From NCBI RefSeq assembly GCF_009914755.1, contig NC_060945.1: a DNA stretch of 64,000 nt. One strand, 5' to 3'. Below the pieces are notes generated by a model, which did no database searches, had not been told where the DNA came from, and saw nothing but the letters and a program-made list of their open reading frames with translations. Positions 47,546 through 59,709 of this stretch are shown in pieces. The stretch comes from the human T2T-CHM13v2.0 reference genome, Homo sapiens. Position numbers and translations under genes: made by a program. Every line of letters begins with the position of its first letter. The first letter of the stretch is position 1.

Positions 47546-48754
47546 CTCTTTTGTGTGTGTAATTATATTCTTAGTAATTTCCTGACAACAAAGAATCTCT
47601 TTGGTGACAAAATACGTATTAAAAAGTGTAAGCCAAAATACGAATGAAAGACAAAGAAGATTCTCCCTGAATGGTGGTGGTGCAAAGAAACGACATTTCA
47701 CAAAAGTCTTGATTTCCAATAAAATATTTTCAAATGCTTAGTAGGAGAAAGGAGGAATAATGTTTTTCCAAGTAAGAAGTAATACCCGTCTGTGGGTGGT
47801 GAAAACCTTGCTATGGATATTTTTCACTCTGTTGATGATATCCTTCTCAGATTTCTGATGCAGGTTTTAAAAAATTCTCCATTTGATTTCATCTATGCCA
47901 GGGTTCGTGGGGGTCTGGGGTGGTTCTAACAAAGTCAAAGTACGCTAGGACAAACTAAGAAATGTCCTGGATTAAGTCAGATGATTCTCAATAGGGTGTT
48001 TAAACCTGGTACGGTAGAAAAAAGTTGTTTGATATGTGTGTGTGTGTGTATCTTTATTTTGTTTTTATTACCAGGTGAAATCAAACTGTCAAAGTTTGGG
48101 GATGCTTTGTATAACTTCTATGTTGTTTTCTACTGAAATGAGTATATGAAGGATCGTGCGTGTCTTGACTACTCTGTCAGAATGACCTCGGCCTTTTAAA
48201 GAACTAAGACCTCTGGGTCTCACTCCAGCCAGGGTCCTTCACCTCTTTGGAATCCATGGACGTTCATGATAACATGTAGGAGGTTGGTAGTTGGCAAAGA
48301 AATAATTACATCTTTATTTTTACTAACTTTAATCTCTTCTTCTGATACAAATGTAGGTGATTAACCACAAAATTATTAGCAACATCTATAATATGGTCAC
48401 CAAAATGAACTGCAGATATATTCATATCATATTGCAGTTGCTAGATACATATAAAATATCATTTATGTTCACCTTTGATATTACAGTGGTCATTAGAGCC
48501 ACCAGTGTATCTTATTAAATATGTTAATAAAGAAATATATATTTCCATGGATTTAAAAATTTTTGATAATTATTTTTAATGTAATAAATTTCCTTTGTAG
48601 TTCTGTGTGTTTTAGTTTATATACTTAAAAATACTCTTTTTTGTGTGTAATTATATTCTTATTAATTTCCTGGCAACAAAGTCTCACTTGGGTGACAAAA
48701 TACATATTAAAAAGTGTAAGCCGAAGTAGGAGCGACAGACAAAGAAGATTCTCC
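47546..48754 (+). repeat. Dispersed direct repeat: 121-bp copies at 47546-47666 and 48634-48754
   Basis: Ungapped manual alignment, about 14 mismatches in 121 (~88%). Confidence 0.9.
48230..48630. mobile_element. hAT-Charlie-like DNA transposon fragment (bounds approximate)
   Basis: cagatatattcatatcatattgcagttgc...aaaatatcatttatg...gttaataaagaa resembles Charlie4-type consensus as recalled. Confidence 0.5.
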
Positions 48755-48820
48755 AAATTAAGTTTCCCCAGACTGACAAAAGTACCTATGACACATAAAC
48801 AAAGGTTGAGAGCACTTACC

Positions 48821-49350
<530 letters not shown>

Positions 49351-52149
49351 AGACCATTCTGAATCTAAGAGTCTGAGGCTGAGACTAGGTGATTCTTATG
49401 TATAACCAGGCTGTACCTTCAAGAGCTGGTGTAGCTGCTGTATTACAAGTCAGTGGTACACCTATTGTCACTCCCTTGCCCAGAGCAGACATAATTATCT
49501 TATCACTGTGCCTTCCCCCACCCTGCTAGATATTAAACCTATTAAGTATTAATGTTAAAAAGTATCAAATTATGGTAGTTTGCTATTAATGATTTGCTCT
49601 TTAATTATTTTTAATTAATGCATTTCTAATTTTAAAATGGAGAAAACATCAGAGTTATAATTTGTGCTTCAAGTAAATGATGGACTTTGTAGTTAAGTCA
49701 ATTAAACCAAATTAAAATAAGATTTCTTCCACAACCTTGCCCAAAGCTTTTCTCACCCACCCCACCACAGTAACATAGCTAAGAATAAAAGTACCTTCTG
49801 TGCTGAAGTTGCAAATCAAAAAATTTTAAAAATGTAAAATATTATTTATTTCTGTGTAAAGTTAGCGAATTAAGTAGAAATCATCTAAAGCCAAAGGTTA
49901 CATTTTTTTTTTACTGTTCCCATATCTGTGTTGTTGTTTTGTGTCTGAGTTGTAATAAGTCAAGGTTTTCCCCACATACTTGAAAATTTTGGGACATTGG
50001 CAGAAAATATGAACAAGGGCAGAAGCACTATATGTCTACCACCTCCTTAAACTAGGATGAAACATAGGTTCTATTTCCAGTGTTCCGGAACTCAGTGCTA
50101 AGTTGTATAAACAAATTCATTGCGGTGGTTACATCAGAATTTAAATGATTATGCTCTATGTTTTTGAAAGGCTTATTGAAAAACATTTTAATCTCTTCCC
50201 CCAGTATTTTCAAAACACCGCTGCAATGGAAGAACCTTGGGGTAATTCTGTTTCTTATTAGCATTTGAGAATGTAAGGCTCAATTTGATGTTCCTGATAT
50301 TTAGAAGTATCTTGGACAGGACTAATATGGGATTTAAAAATTAACACCAATTCCTCATAGGCCACCTTATTAGAACACAAATAACTAACTCCACTTTTGA
50401 GATATTAGTATTTCCTAAATTCTCTAAAGTTTTACAGAAATGATGTTTTTTTCTAGATTTTAATGATTTAGCAGGGTAAATCAGCTATATCATTTATATA
50501 TTGGGTTAGTAACAGGGAAATGCTATTTGCTAGGAAATACCATTAAAAAAACACTACCCTAAGTTTTTTTAACCTTTATTGTTGCATCAGTATAAAATGT
50601 TTTCTTTCATACTTTGATCAAAGACATGAAAATGTTATTCAAGGTACTTTTTATTTATGCATGTAATGAATGATAGGAAATGAAAAGGTTTAATATAAAA
50701 AAGGAAAGGCTAATGAAATAGGCCTCATAGGATTTACTAGAATCTGAGGGGAATTGCATTTTGTACCCTATCTGCATAAATAATCTTGAGAGACTACAGT
50801 GGCTTTTTAATAAATTGACTATCAAATTACTTTCTACTGCAGCAAACACACATCATTTTAAACTCACTAAGTTTTCTTTCAGTTACCATGCACCAGTCTA
50901 GACAAATTCTCATTAAGGATGTAACTTTCTTTCAATTACTAGAGCACTATGGAGACTATTTAATAAGCACAGGCTCAAAGATTAAAGTCTTTGCAGAGAT
51001 TACCTAACTCATTTACGAAGAAAGCAAGCACCTGACCTTCATCAAAAATATTGTATCTAAGGCAGTGGGATGTACTACTTGTGTTACAGACACTAAAAAA
51101 TCTGGTTATTTGTCTCTCTGTATCTGGTTAGAAGGACTACGATTCGTGGGAAATGGGATCAGTGAACTAGAGAGTAAAATCTGGCTGGGGAAACCACGTA
51201 AGTAAATGGAACAGAGCTGTGTGTCATCCACTCAGCTCAGGCCATTTTCTAGAAAGCCTTCCTTGACATGCCTTTATTGACTTAAGTTCTGCTACAGCAC
51301 ATTGCATTTATCACATTATATTGTAATGATCTATTATGTGTCTATCATCACCACATAAGCATGTAAAGCCATGTCTTATTTATTCATGGAACAGATACAA
51401 TATCATCACCTGTGCTTAGATTTCTGACCCAGGAATAATAATAATATATTTACATGATATACTGTTAAAATGTAATAAAGATGTATGTTTCCTTCCAATT
51501 CATTGGAAGGAACGTAAATGTAGGGATCCACATTTTGCTATCAGCCAACTAACAGGTTTCATTCAAATTAATTGAAAAAAACTTCTGTCAAAGTAAAGTG
51601 TTGATCATTTTGACCTTTGTGAATAACTCATCTTAACCCAATACATCCTCCAGGAAACAATGTAGTTAAAATTCACAAACCACAATAGAAAGAACTCCTC
51701 TTTTTATAATCACATGGTGATCTGCGAAAAGTGATGAATTGAGACACAAATCTGGGCAGGGAAAGCCCAGTCATCCGGGGCACTTGGACGCATCAATTGT
51801 GGAAGCAAGGTCAAGTCCCCAATCTCCTTAGCTTAATCTTTAGAAACTAAGTTCCTGAGTCTATACAGCAGCTCCTGAGCAATTGAAGCTAATGGCTTCC
51901 TAGGACCTCACCTCTTTGAATTCACTATTGAACTAAAATTAGTGTTTAAAGTAGGAACTTGGAATGAATGCCACTTACCCAGTTCTTTACTTGAAATGAA
52001 AATAAACAACTGTCACTTTCTGGGTTTTGTTGACTCTTTATCAACAAAAATTGTTTCTCCTACAACTTGCCCTCTTCCAAGACTTTATGTCTGAAAGCTC
52101 CCCATGTTTAAAGAGTTTTTGTTGAAGTTTATACTGTAGAATAAAAAGA

Positions 52150-52152
<3 letters not shown>

Positions 52153-52190
<38 letters not shown>
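52153..52190. repeat. (CA)n microsatellite, about 19 units
   Basis: Pure AC run. Confidence 0.97.
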
Positions 52191-52192
<2 letters not shown>

Positions 52193-52384
52193 TTAAAGTA
52201 CAGGAAGGCTCTGACTAATATGCATAAACCAAATCGATTTTTTTAACACATACTATTTATAAAAAATATGCTCAATAAAAGTAGGAATAGAAAGAAATCA
52301 CAAAAGAATGTGGTTTGACCCCATTTTATAAAAAGTTTAAAAGTACATATATGAACAAAGATCTAGAAAACTATACACTGAGAC

Positions 52385-53634
52385 TTTTTTTTTTTTTAAA
52401 GTTCTGGGACACATGTGCAGAACATGCAGTTTTGTTACATAGGTATACATGTGCCATGGTAGTTTGCTGCACCCATCAACCCATCATCTACATTAGATAT
52501 TTCTCCTAATGCTATCCCTCCCCTAGTCCCCCACCCACTGACAGGCCCTGGTGTGTGATGTTCCCCTCCTTGTGTCCATGTGTTCTCATTGTTCAACTCC
52601 CACTTATGAGTGAGAATATGCAGTGTTTGGTTTTCTGTTCCTGTGTTAGTTTGCTGAGAATGATGGTTTTCCAGCTTCATCCATGTGCCTGCAAAGGACA
52701 TGAACTTATCCTTTTTTATTGCTGCGTAGTATTCCATGGTGTATATGTGCTACATTTTCTTTATCCAGTCTATCACTGATGGACATTTGGGTTGGTTTCA
52801 AGTCTTTGCTGTTGTGAACAGTGCTGCAATAAACATACGTGTGCATGTGTCTTTATAGTAGAATGATTTATAATCCTTTGGGTATATACCCAGTAATGGG
52901 ATTGCTGGGTCAAATGGTATTTCTGGTCTAGATCCTTGAGGAATTGCCACACTGTCTTCCACAATGTTGGGAAAACTGGCTAGCCATATGCAGAAAACTG
53001 AAACTGGACCCCTTTCTTACACCTTATACAAAAATTAACTCAAGATGGATTAAAGACTTAAACGTAAGACCTAAAACCACAAAAACCCTAGGAGAAAACC
53101 TAGGCGATATCATTCAGGACATAGGCATGGGCAAAGACTTCATGACTAAAACACTAAAAGCAATGGCAACAAAAGCCAAAATTGACAAATGGGATGTAAT
53201 TAAACTAAAGATCTTCTGCACAGCAAAAGAAACTATCATTAGAGTGAACAGGCAACCTACAGAATGGGAGAAAATTTTTGCAATCTAGCCATCTGACAAA
53301 GGGCTAATATCCAGTATCTACAAAGAAGTAACAAATTTACAAGAAAAAAACAAACAAATTTACAAGAAAAAAACAAACAACCCCATCAAAAAGTGGGTGA
53401 AGGATGCGAACAGACAATTCTCAAAAGAAGACATTTATGCAGCCAACAAATATATGAAAAAAAGTTCATCATCACTGGTCATTGGAGAAATGCAAATCAA
53501 AATCACAATGAGATACCATCTCACGCCAGTTAGAACGGTGATCATCAAAAAGTCAGGAAACAACAGATGCTGGAGAGGATGTGGAGAAATAGGAACGCTT
53601 TTACACTGTTGGTGGGAGCGTAAATTAGTTCAAC
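52385..53634 (-). mobile_element. L1PA (about PA7) with 5' inversion (twin priming)
   Basis: Antisense L1 3' end at 52385-52966 joined to a sense ORF2 segment at 52966-53634; the breakpoints are adjacent in L1 (..ttagttcaac / cattgtggaag..). Confidence 0.9.
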
Positions 53635-53814
53635 TAAACTGATTATTTATATAATGAATAATGAAATTCATTTCCTCTCTTTGCTCTTGATAGGAATTTC
53701 GTTCCTGATGAGGCTGACATCACTTGGATGAGGCTTGGAGCTGGGAAGTTTCCATTCTAAATGCACAGCTTTTGAGAATATAACAGGAACTGGAAGCTCT
53801 CAGTCCAACTGTAA

Positions 53815-55625
53815 GAAGCTAAGTTAGGTATAGAAGGAACGTACCTCAACACAATAAAGATTACATATGACAAAGCCATAGTTAACAATATATTAACAGG
53901 AAAAAGTTGAAATCTTTTCTTCTAAGAACTGGAACAAGACAAAGATACCTACTCTCACCACTCTTATTCAGTATAACACTGAAAGTCCTAGACAAAGCAA
54001 TTAGAATAAAGAGAGAAATAAAGGGCATCCAAATTGGAAAGAAGGCAGTCAAATTGTCTCTTTTCATAGATGACATGATCTTATCTACAGAAAAACCTAA
54101 ATACTCCACCAATAAAGAGAATTGATCATTGAATTTAGTAAAGTTTCAGGATACAAAATAAACAAAACAAAATCATTACAGTTTCTTTACATCAACAACC
54201 AACTAGCTGAAAAAGAAATCAAGAAAGTAATCCCATCTACAACAATCACAAAAAAAAACAAACACCTAGAAATAAATTTAACCAAGGAGGTGAAAGACCC
54301 CTTCAAGGAAAACTGTAAAACACTGATGAAAGAAATTGAAAAGGACACAAACAAATGAAAAGCATCCTATACTCACGGATTGGAAGACTTAATATTGTTA
54401 AAATAACAATACTACCCAATCCCTATTTAATGATAGGGATTTAATGCAATCCCTATCAAAACACCAAAGACATTCTTCACAGGAATAGAAAAAAAATCCT
54501 AAAATTTGTATGGAACCACAAAACACACCAAATAGCCAAAGCAATCCTGAGCAAAAAGAACAAAACTGGAGGCTTCACACTACCAGATTTCAAAATATTC
54601 TACAAAATTATAGTAACCAAGATAACTGGCATAAAAATGGACAACAGACCAATGGAACAGAATAGAGAACAAGATAGAGAACACTGAAATAAATCTATGT
54701 TTACAGCCCACTGATTCTTTTTTTTTTTTTTTTTTTTTAACAAAGGCACCAAGAACATTCACTGGGGGGAAAGAACAATCGCTTCAGTAGATGATGCTGG
54801 GAAAACTGGATAACTATATGAAGTATGAAACTAGACCCTTATCTCTCACCATATAGAAAAATCATATCAAAATGGATTAAAGAGTTAAATCTAATACCTA
54901 AAATGTTGAAACCACTAGAATAAAACATTGGGGGAAACACTCCAGGACATCGGTCTGGACAATGATGGCTTGAGTAAGCCCATAAAAGCACAGGCAACCA
55001 AAGCCAAAATGGACAAATGGGATCACATCACGCTAAAAAGCTTCTACACAGCAAAGGGAATAACCAACGAAGTGAAGAGCAAATCCACAGAATGGGAGAA
55101 AATATCTGCAAACTATCCATTTGACAAGCACATATTAACCAGAATATATAAAGAGCTCAAACAAATCGACAAGAAATAAAAACATATATTCCGACTTTAA
55201 AAATAGGCAAATTATCTGAATAGACATTTCTCAAAAAAAGACATACAAATAGCCAACAGAATATGAAAAAATGCTCAACATCACTAATTACTAGAGAAAT
55301 GCAAATCAAAACCACAATGAGATATCTCTCACCCCTGTTATAATAGCTTTTATCAAAAGAGAGGCAGTAAGGGATACTGGTGAAGACATGGAGGAAGAAG
55401 AACACCCATAGACTGTTGGGGAAAATATAAATTAGTACAGCCACTATTCAGAACATTATGGAAGTTTCTTAAAAAACTAAAAATAGAACTACCATATAAT
55501 CCAGCACTTCCACTGCTGGGCATATATTCAAAAGAAAGGAACTCAGTATATCAAAGAGGATATCTGCCCTCCCATGTTTATTGCAGCACTATTCACAATA
55601 GCCAACATTTGGAATCAACCTAAGA
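53815..55625 (+). mobile_element. Older L1 (L1M/L1PB-type) ORF2 fragment
   Basis: Broken ORF2 peptides in the ORF track ([46 protein letters not shown]) with many stops and frameshifts. Confidence 0.9.
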
Positions 55626-56202
55626 GAAAAGCATATGTTTTATAATTAGAAAACTTTGGGCATATGTTTTTATAGATTGGTATATGGATATTTACATATA
55701 CATAGAGTGTATATATAATGTATTGCTTAAGTATTTGGCACTGCTTTTTAAAGACAAGGATTAGCCTAGAGTTTAGCATTACAATAATACAAAATAGACA
55801 TGGTTCTTCCCTTTATAGACCTCATAGTTTAATATGACAAACAAACTTTAAATGATATAGTGTTATAAGTTATAAAGATAACCACATGTGAGCCAACATG
55901 GTTAGTAATCACTAAATCTTCAAAATCATTAAGGATCAGAATGGTGGGTTAGAGTTGCCAGGTTGTAAAATGCAAAATAAGTATGTTATTACTGCTCATT
56001 ACTTTCATTTTCTACCTAATTACTTAATTACTTTTAAGACTTGATGGGAAGGTAAAAAACAAATATGGCGAAATTACATATTTGATGCAAGCTATTAATG
56101 CATTAGACTGGGAGGTATAATACATTTTTGATGAGTTATTAATTGGAATTTTTACTTGCATCATCCTTGCTGAGAATATCTTTCTTTATCCTTCTGTAAT
56201 AT

Positions 56203-56314
56203 AAAATTTATAGAAATACTGTAGCGGGAGAGGTTATGCAAAATTTTTAATTTTAAAGATATTTTACAAATTTTGCATAACCTCTCCCACTACAATTGTA
56301 CTTCTATAAATTTT
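56203..56314. repeat. Long inverted repeat (arms about 48-51 bp, 13-nt loop)
   Basis: Perfect 21-bp core GGGAGAGGTTATGCAAAATTT / AAATTTTGCATAACCTCTCCC, extended by imperfect pairing. Confidence 0.92.
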
Positions 56315-56728
56315 CCAAAAAAACTATTGTAAATGTGTTGCAAAGATATAGCAAAAGCATATTCTCTGTAGTACCCTTGTGATTATTTATCTATATTATG
56401 ATATAGGATAAAATGAAATATTTCATTAAAAAATCATCAAAAAATATAAAATCATGAGAAATGCCCACACATAAGTATTTTGTATAACAGAGTATATTGT
56501 ATTTTATATAATATTTACATGTACTTTATACAGTATTCATACAAAGGTTATTAACAGTGGTTATTACTTGAAAATGGGGTTAATCAAGATTTTTATTTTC
56601 TCCCTTTTGCTAATGTGTATTTTCTAAATTCATAACTTTATAAATTTTAAAGCTCTTATTAAACCTAATTTGATAGTAATAAAAAGGTTTGCAAATCTCT
56701 TAAAAAGGAACTCAGTAGAATTACTTAC

Positions 56729-56861
56729 CCTAGTCCCAGCAGTTGACAAACATCATTTGAAATCTGGGTGGTCCAGTTCTCAGCACAAGCTGTATGCCAT
56801 ATGCTCTGGATTCTGAACCGCACTAAACCATTGTTGTTCGTTGTGCCATTGAAAAAACGCA
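56729..56861 (-). CDS. TMPRSS15: TMPRSS15 exon 18 (start of SRCR domain)
   Basis: CTTTAG acceptor and GTAAGT donor; 133 nt; (V)RFFNGTTNNNGLVRFRIQSIWHTACAENWTTQISNDVCQLLGL(G). Confidence 0.96.
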
Positions 56862-56868
56862 CTAAAGA

Positions 56869-57310
56869 CACAGAGAGCATAATGGTAGTTACCAGAGACT
56901 GAAGGGTGCGGAGTATGGGAAGACATCGTTCAAAGAGTACAGAGCTTCATTTAGACAGGAGGAATAAGTTCATGAGATCTCTTGCACAGCACTGTGACTA
57001 TAGTTAATAATAATGTATTGTATATTTCAAAATTTTGCAAAATTTCAAATTTTCTCATCATGAAATATGGTATTTAAGGTGATGGATAGGTTGATTAGCA
57101 TAATTCAATCATTCCTCAATCTCTCTCTCTCTCTATATATATATACACACTTTTTAAATATGTATATACACATTCTCTGTATATACATTCTCTCTCCATA
57201 CTTTCTATTAATATATATTATATATAATAACATCACATTGTAACCCATAAATATATAGAATTAAATTTTTCAAATATACAGCAAATTTTTTGGAAAAATT
57301 AACAAAAAAA
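56869..57310 (+). mobile_element. L1MA-type 3' end abutting the exon 18 acceptor
   Basis: agagagcataatggtagttaccagag...ttagacaggaggaataagttc...gtgactatagttaataataatgtattgtatatttcaaaatt...catcacattgtaacccataaatata and an A tail. Confidence 0.85.
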
Positions 57311-57966
57311 GAGACATTAAAGAGATTAGATTACACATGTGGTCATTTTGACCTAAATTGATAGGAGTAAATTATGGCCTCTAAACTAAATGTGCAATGT
57401 TCTTAATATTTCGAGTTTAGAGATTGATTGTAGTTTTTCTTAAGAGCATGATGGAAGGTCTAATTTGAAAAATATAAATTTAGTAGACAATTTTGCTCTT
57501 TTATGTAACCATAAAAATGGAAAATGCAGAGATATGCAAGTTTATTACAAATCTATACAGCAAATAAACAGAAAATAAAGTTATCTGTGAAGAGTATATA
57601 TAAGAGTATATATAAACTTAGTTTCTGAAAGAAGGAAACTCAAGTTTAGGGATTACTTTAGGAATTCCCTCCCCACCAAAAAAAAAAAAAAAACCACTTT
57701 CTTTGTACTTGCTTTTATACCATTTGATTTCTATCAACTTACTTATCATTTTACAACCATTTTGAACAGAATTTTAAGGCCATTAGTGGCCAGGTAGGGA
57801 CTGGACCAAGCTAAGCGCGTTCATCAAGGGAGGAAAACATCAGTAATTGTAGTCTTACCTACAAACACTATGTTGTAATTCTATAAAATAATGCTACATT
57901 GTTTACCTTTTTTTTCCTATTATGACAAGAGCTAAGAGCAGTGACTACAGAATTATACAAACGTAG

Positions 57967-58361
<395 letters not shown>

Positions 58362-58929
58362 AGCTATACCTAATTCTTGTTGTGGATTTTTTTTTTAACT
58401 TAGTTACAGTGCATGGTACATAGTACGTAAGTGTTAAATATTTGCTTAGAAATAAAAAGACATAATAAAAGTATCCATTACTCATAATGTTATTGAGGTG
58501 TGGAAGGGGAGCTGGAATGAAAACTCAGCAGGGCAGGGGGAGAAAGTGAACTACAAGTAAGCACACAGGTGCCTCTGAATGTGGGCAACAAACAGAAAAC
58601 AGTAGCCAATATGAGTGGTGCTAGCCTGCTTGGTTTGGAATATTGTCTCTGTGGTATTCTCGGCTTCCTATATGGATATTTGTTGCTCTAGAATTACAGT
58701 TAATAAGTGTGACCAAATTGAAACAAACAATAAACTGAGGCCTGCGTATTAACTTTTCTTCTATCCAGATGGGGACAGAGGTGCTAAAATCATCTCAGAG
58801 ATGAGATGTTCTCGTTCCAAAGCATCAAAACAGGTCCTAATAAACACAGTTATAATCTTTCTTTGACACTGTAGAGTCCAAATGCAGAGGCTAAAGTCAT
58901 AAAAGTATTTTCCTAAAAATAAGACATAC

Positions 58930-59040
58930 CACAATCTGCTTCATCTGAGCCATCCTCACAGTGCAGATGACCGTCACAGAGATTCACCAGTGGAACACAC
59001 TCTCCATTTTTACATTGAAAATGGTCTGCCTTGCATGGCT
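58930..59040 (-). CDS. TMPRSS15: TMPRSS15 exon 17 (second LDL-receptor class A repeat)
   Basis: CCATAG acceptor and GTATGT donor; 111 nt, phase 1-1; (E)[36 protein letters not shown], six Cys and the DGSDE motif. Confidence 0.97.
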
Positions 59041-59123
59041 CTATGGGGAAAGAATGTTTATTGTATAGGATAAAGAAAACACAAATGGATGATTCTGGAG
59101 TACAAATCCCATTTGCTCCCCTT

Positions 59124-59709
59124 TAAACATGAGTCCTTTGCCACAGCTCAAGGTGGAACCAGCTTTGATACTGAGTAAATGAGAGTTAATGGGTGCAGCA
59201 CACCAACATGGCACATGTATACACATATAACAAACCTGCACGTTGTGCACATGTACCGTAGAACTTAAAGTATAATAAAATATATATATATAAAATAATA
59301 AACATGAGTCCTTTGCCACAGCTCAAGGTGGAGCTAGCTTTGATACTGAGTAAATGACGAGTTAGTGGGTGCAGCACACCAACATGGCACATGTATACAC
59401 ATGTAACAAACCTGCACGTTGTGCACGTGTACCCTAGAACTTAAAGTATAATAAAATATATATATATATAAAATAATAAACATGAGTCCTTTGCCACAGC
59501 TCAAGGTGGAGCTAGCTTTGATACTGAGCAAATGACGAGTTAATGGGTGCAGCACACCAGCATGGCACATGTATACACATGTAACAAACCTGCATGTTGT
59601 GTACGTGTACCCTAGAACTTAAAGTATAATAAAATATATATATATATAAAATAATAAACATGAGTCCTTTGCCACAGCTCAAGGTGGAGCCAGTTTTGAT
59701 ACTGAGCAA
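59124..59709 (+). repeat. Tandem array of 175-178 bp units (about 55 bp unique plus about 120 bp L1PA 3' end): 3 full units and a terminal unique copy
   Basis: TAAACATGAGTCCTTTGCCACAGCTCAAGGTGG recurs at 59124, 59299, 59477 and 59655. Confidence 0.97.

Noticed and set aside
52944-55179. ORFs resembling a reverse transcriptase/ORF2 C-terminus
   Set aside because: Fragmented, 5'-truncated L1 relics from two different insertions; no intact ORF2.
59124-59709. CRISPR-like repeat/spacer appearance of the tandem array
   Set aside because: The 'spacers' are near-identical L1 3' ends, the context is a primate intron and there are no cas genes. The overlapping minus-strand ORFs are just L1 UTR translations.
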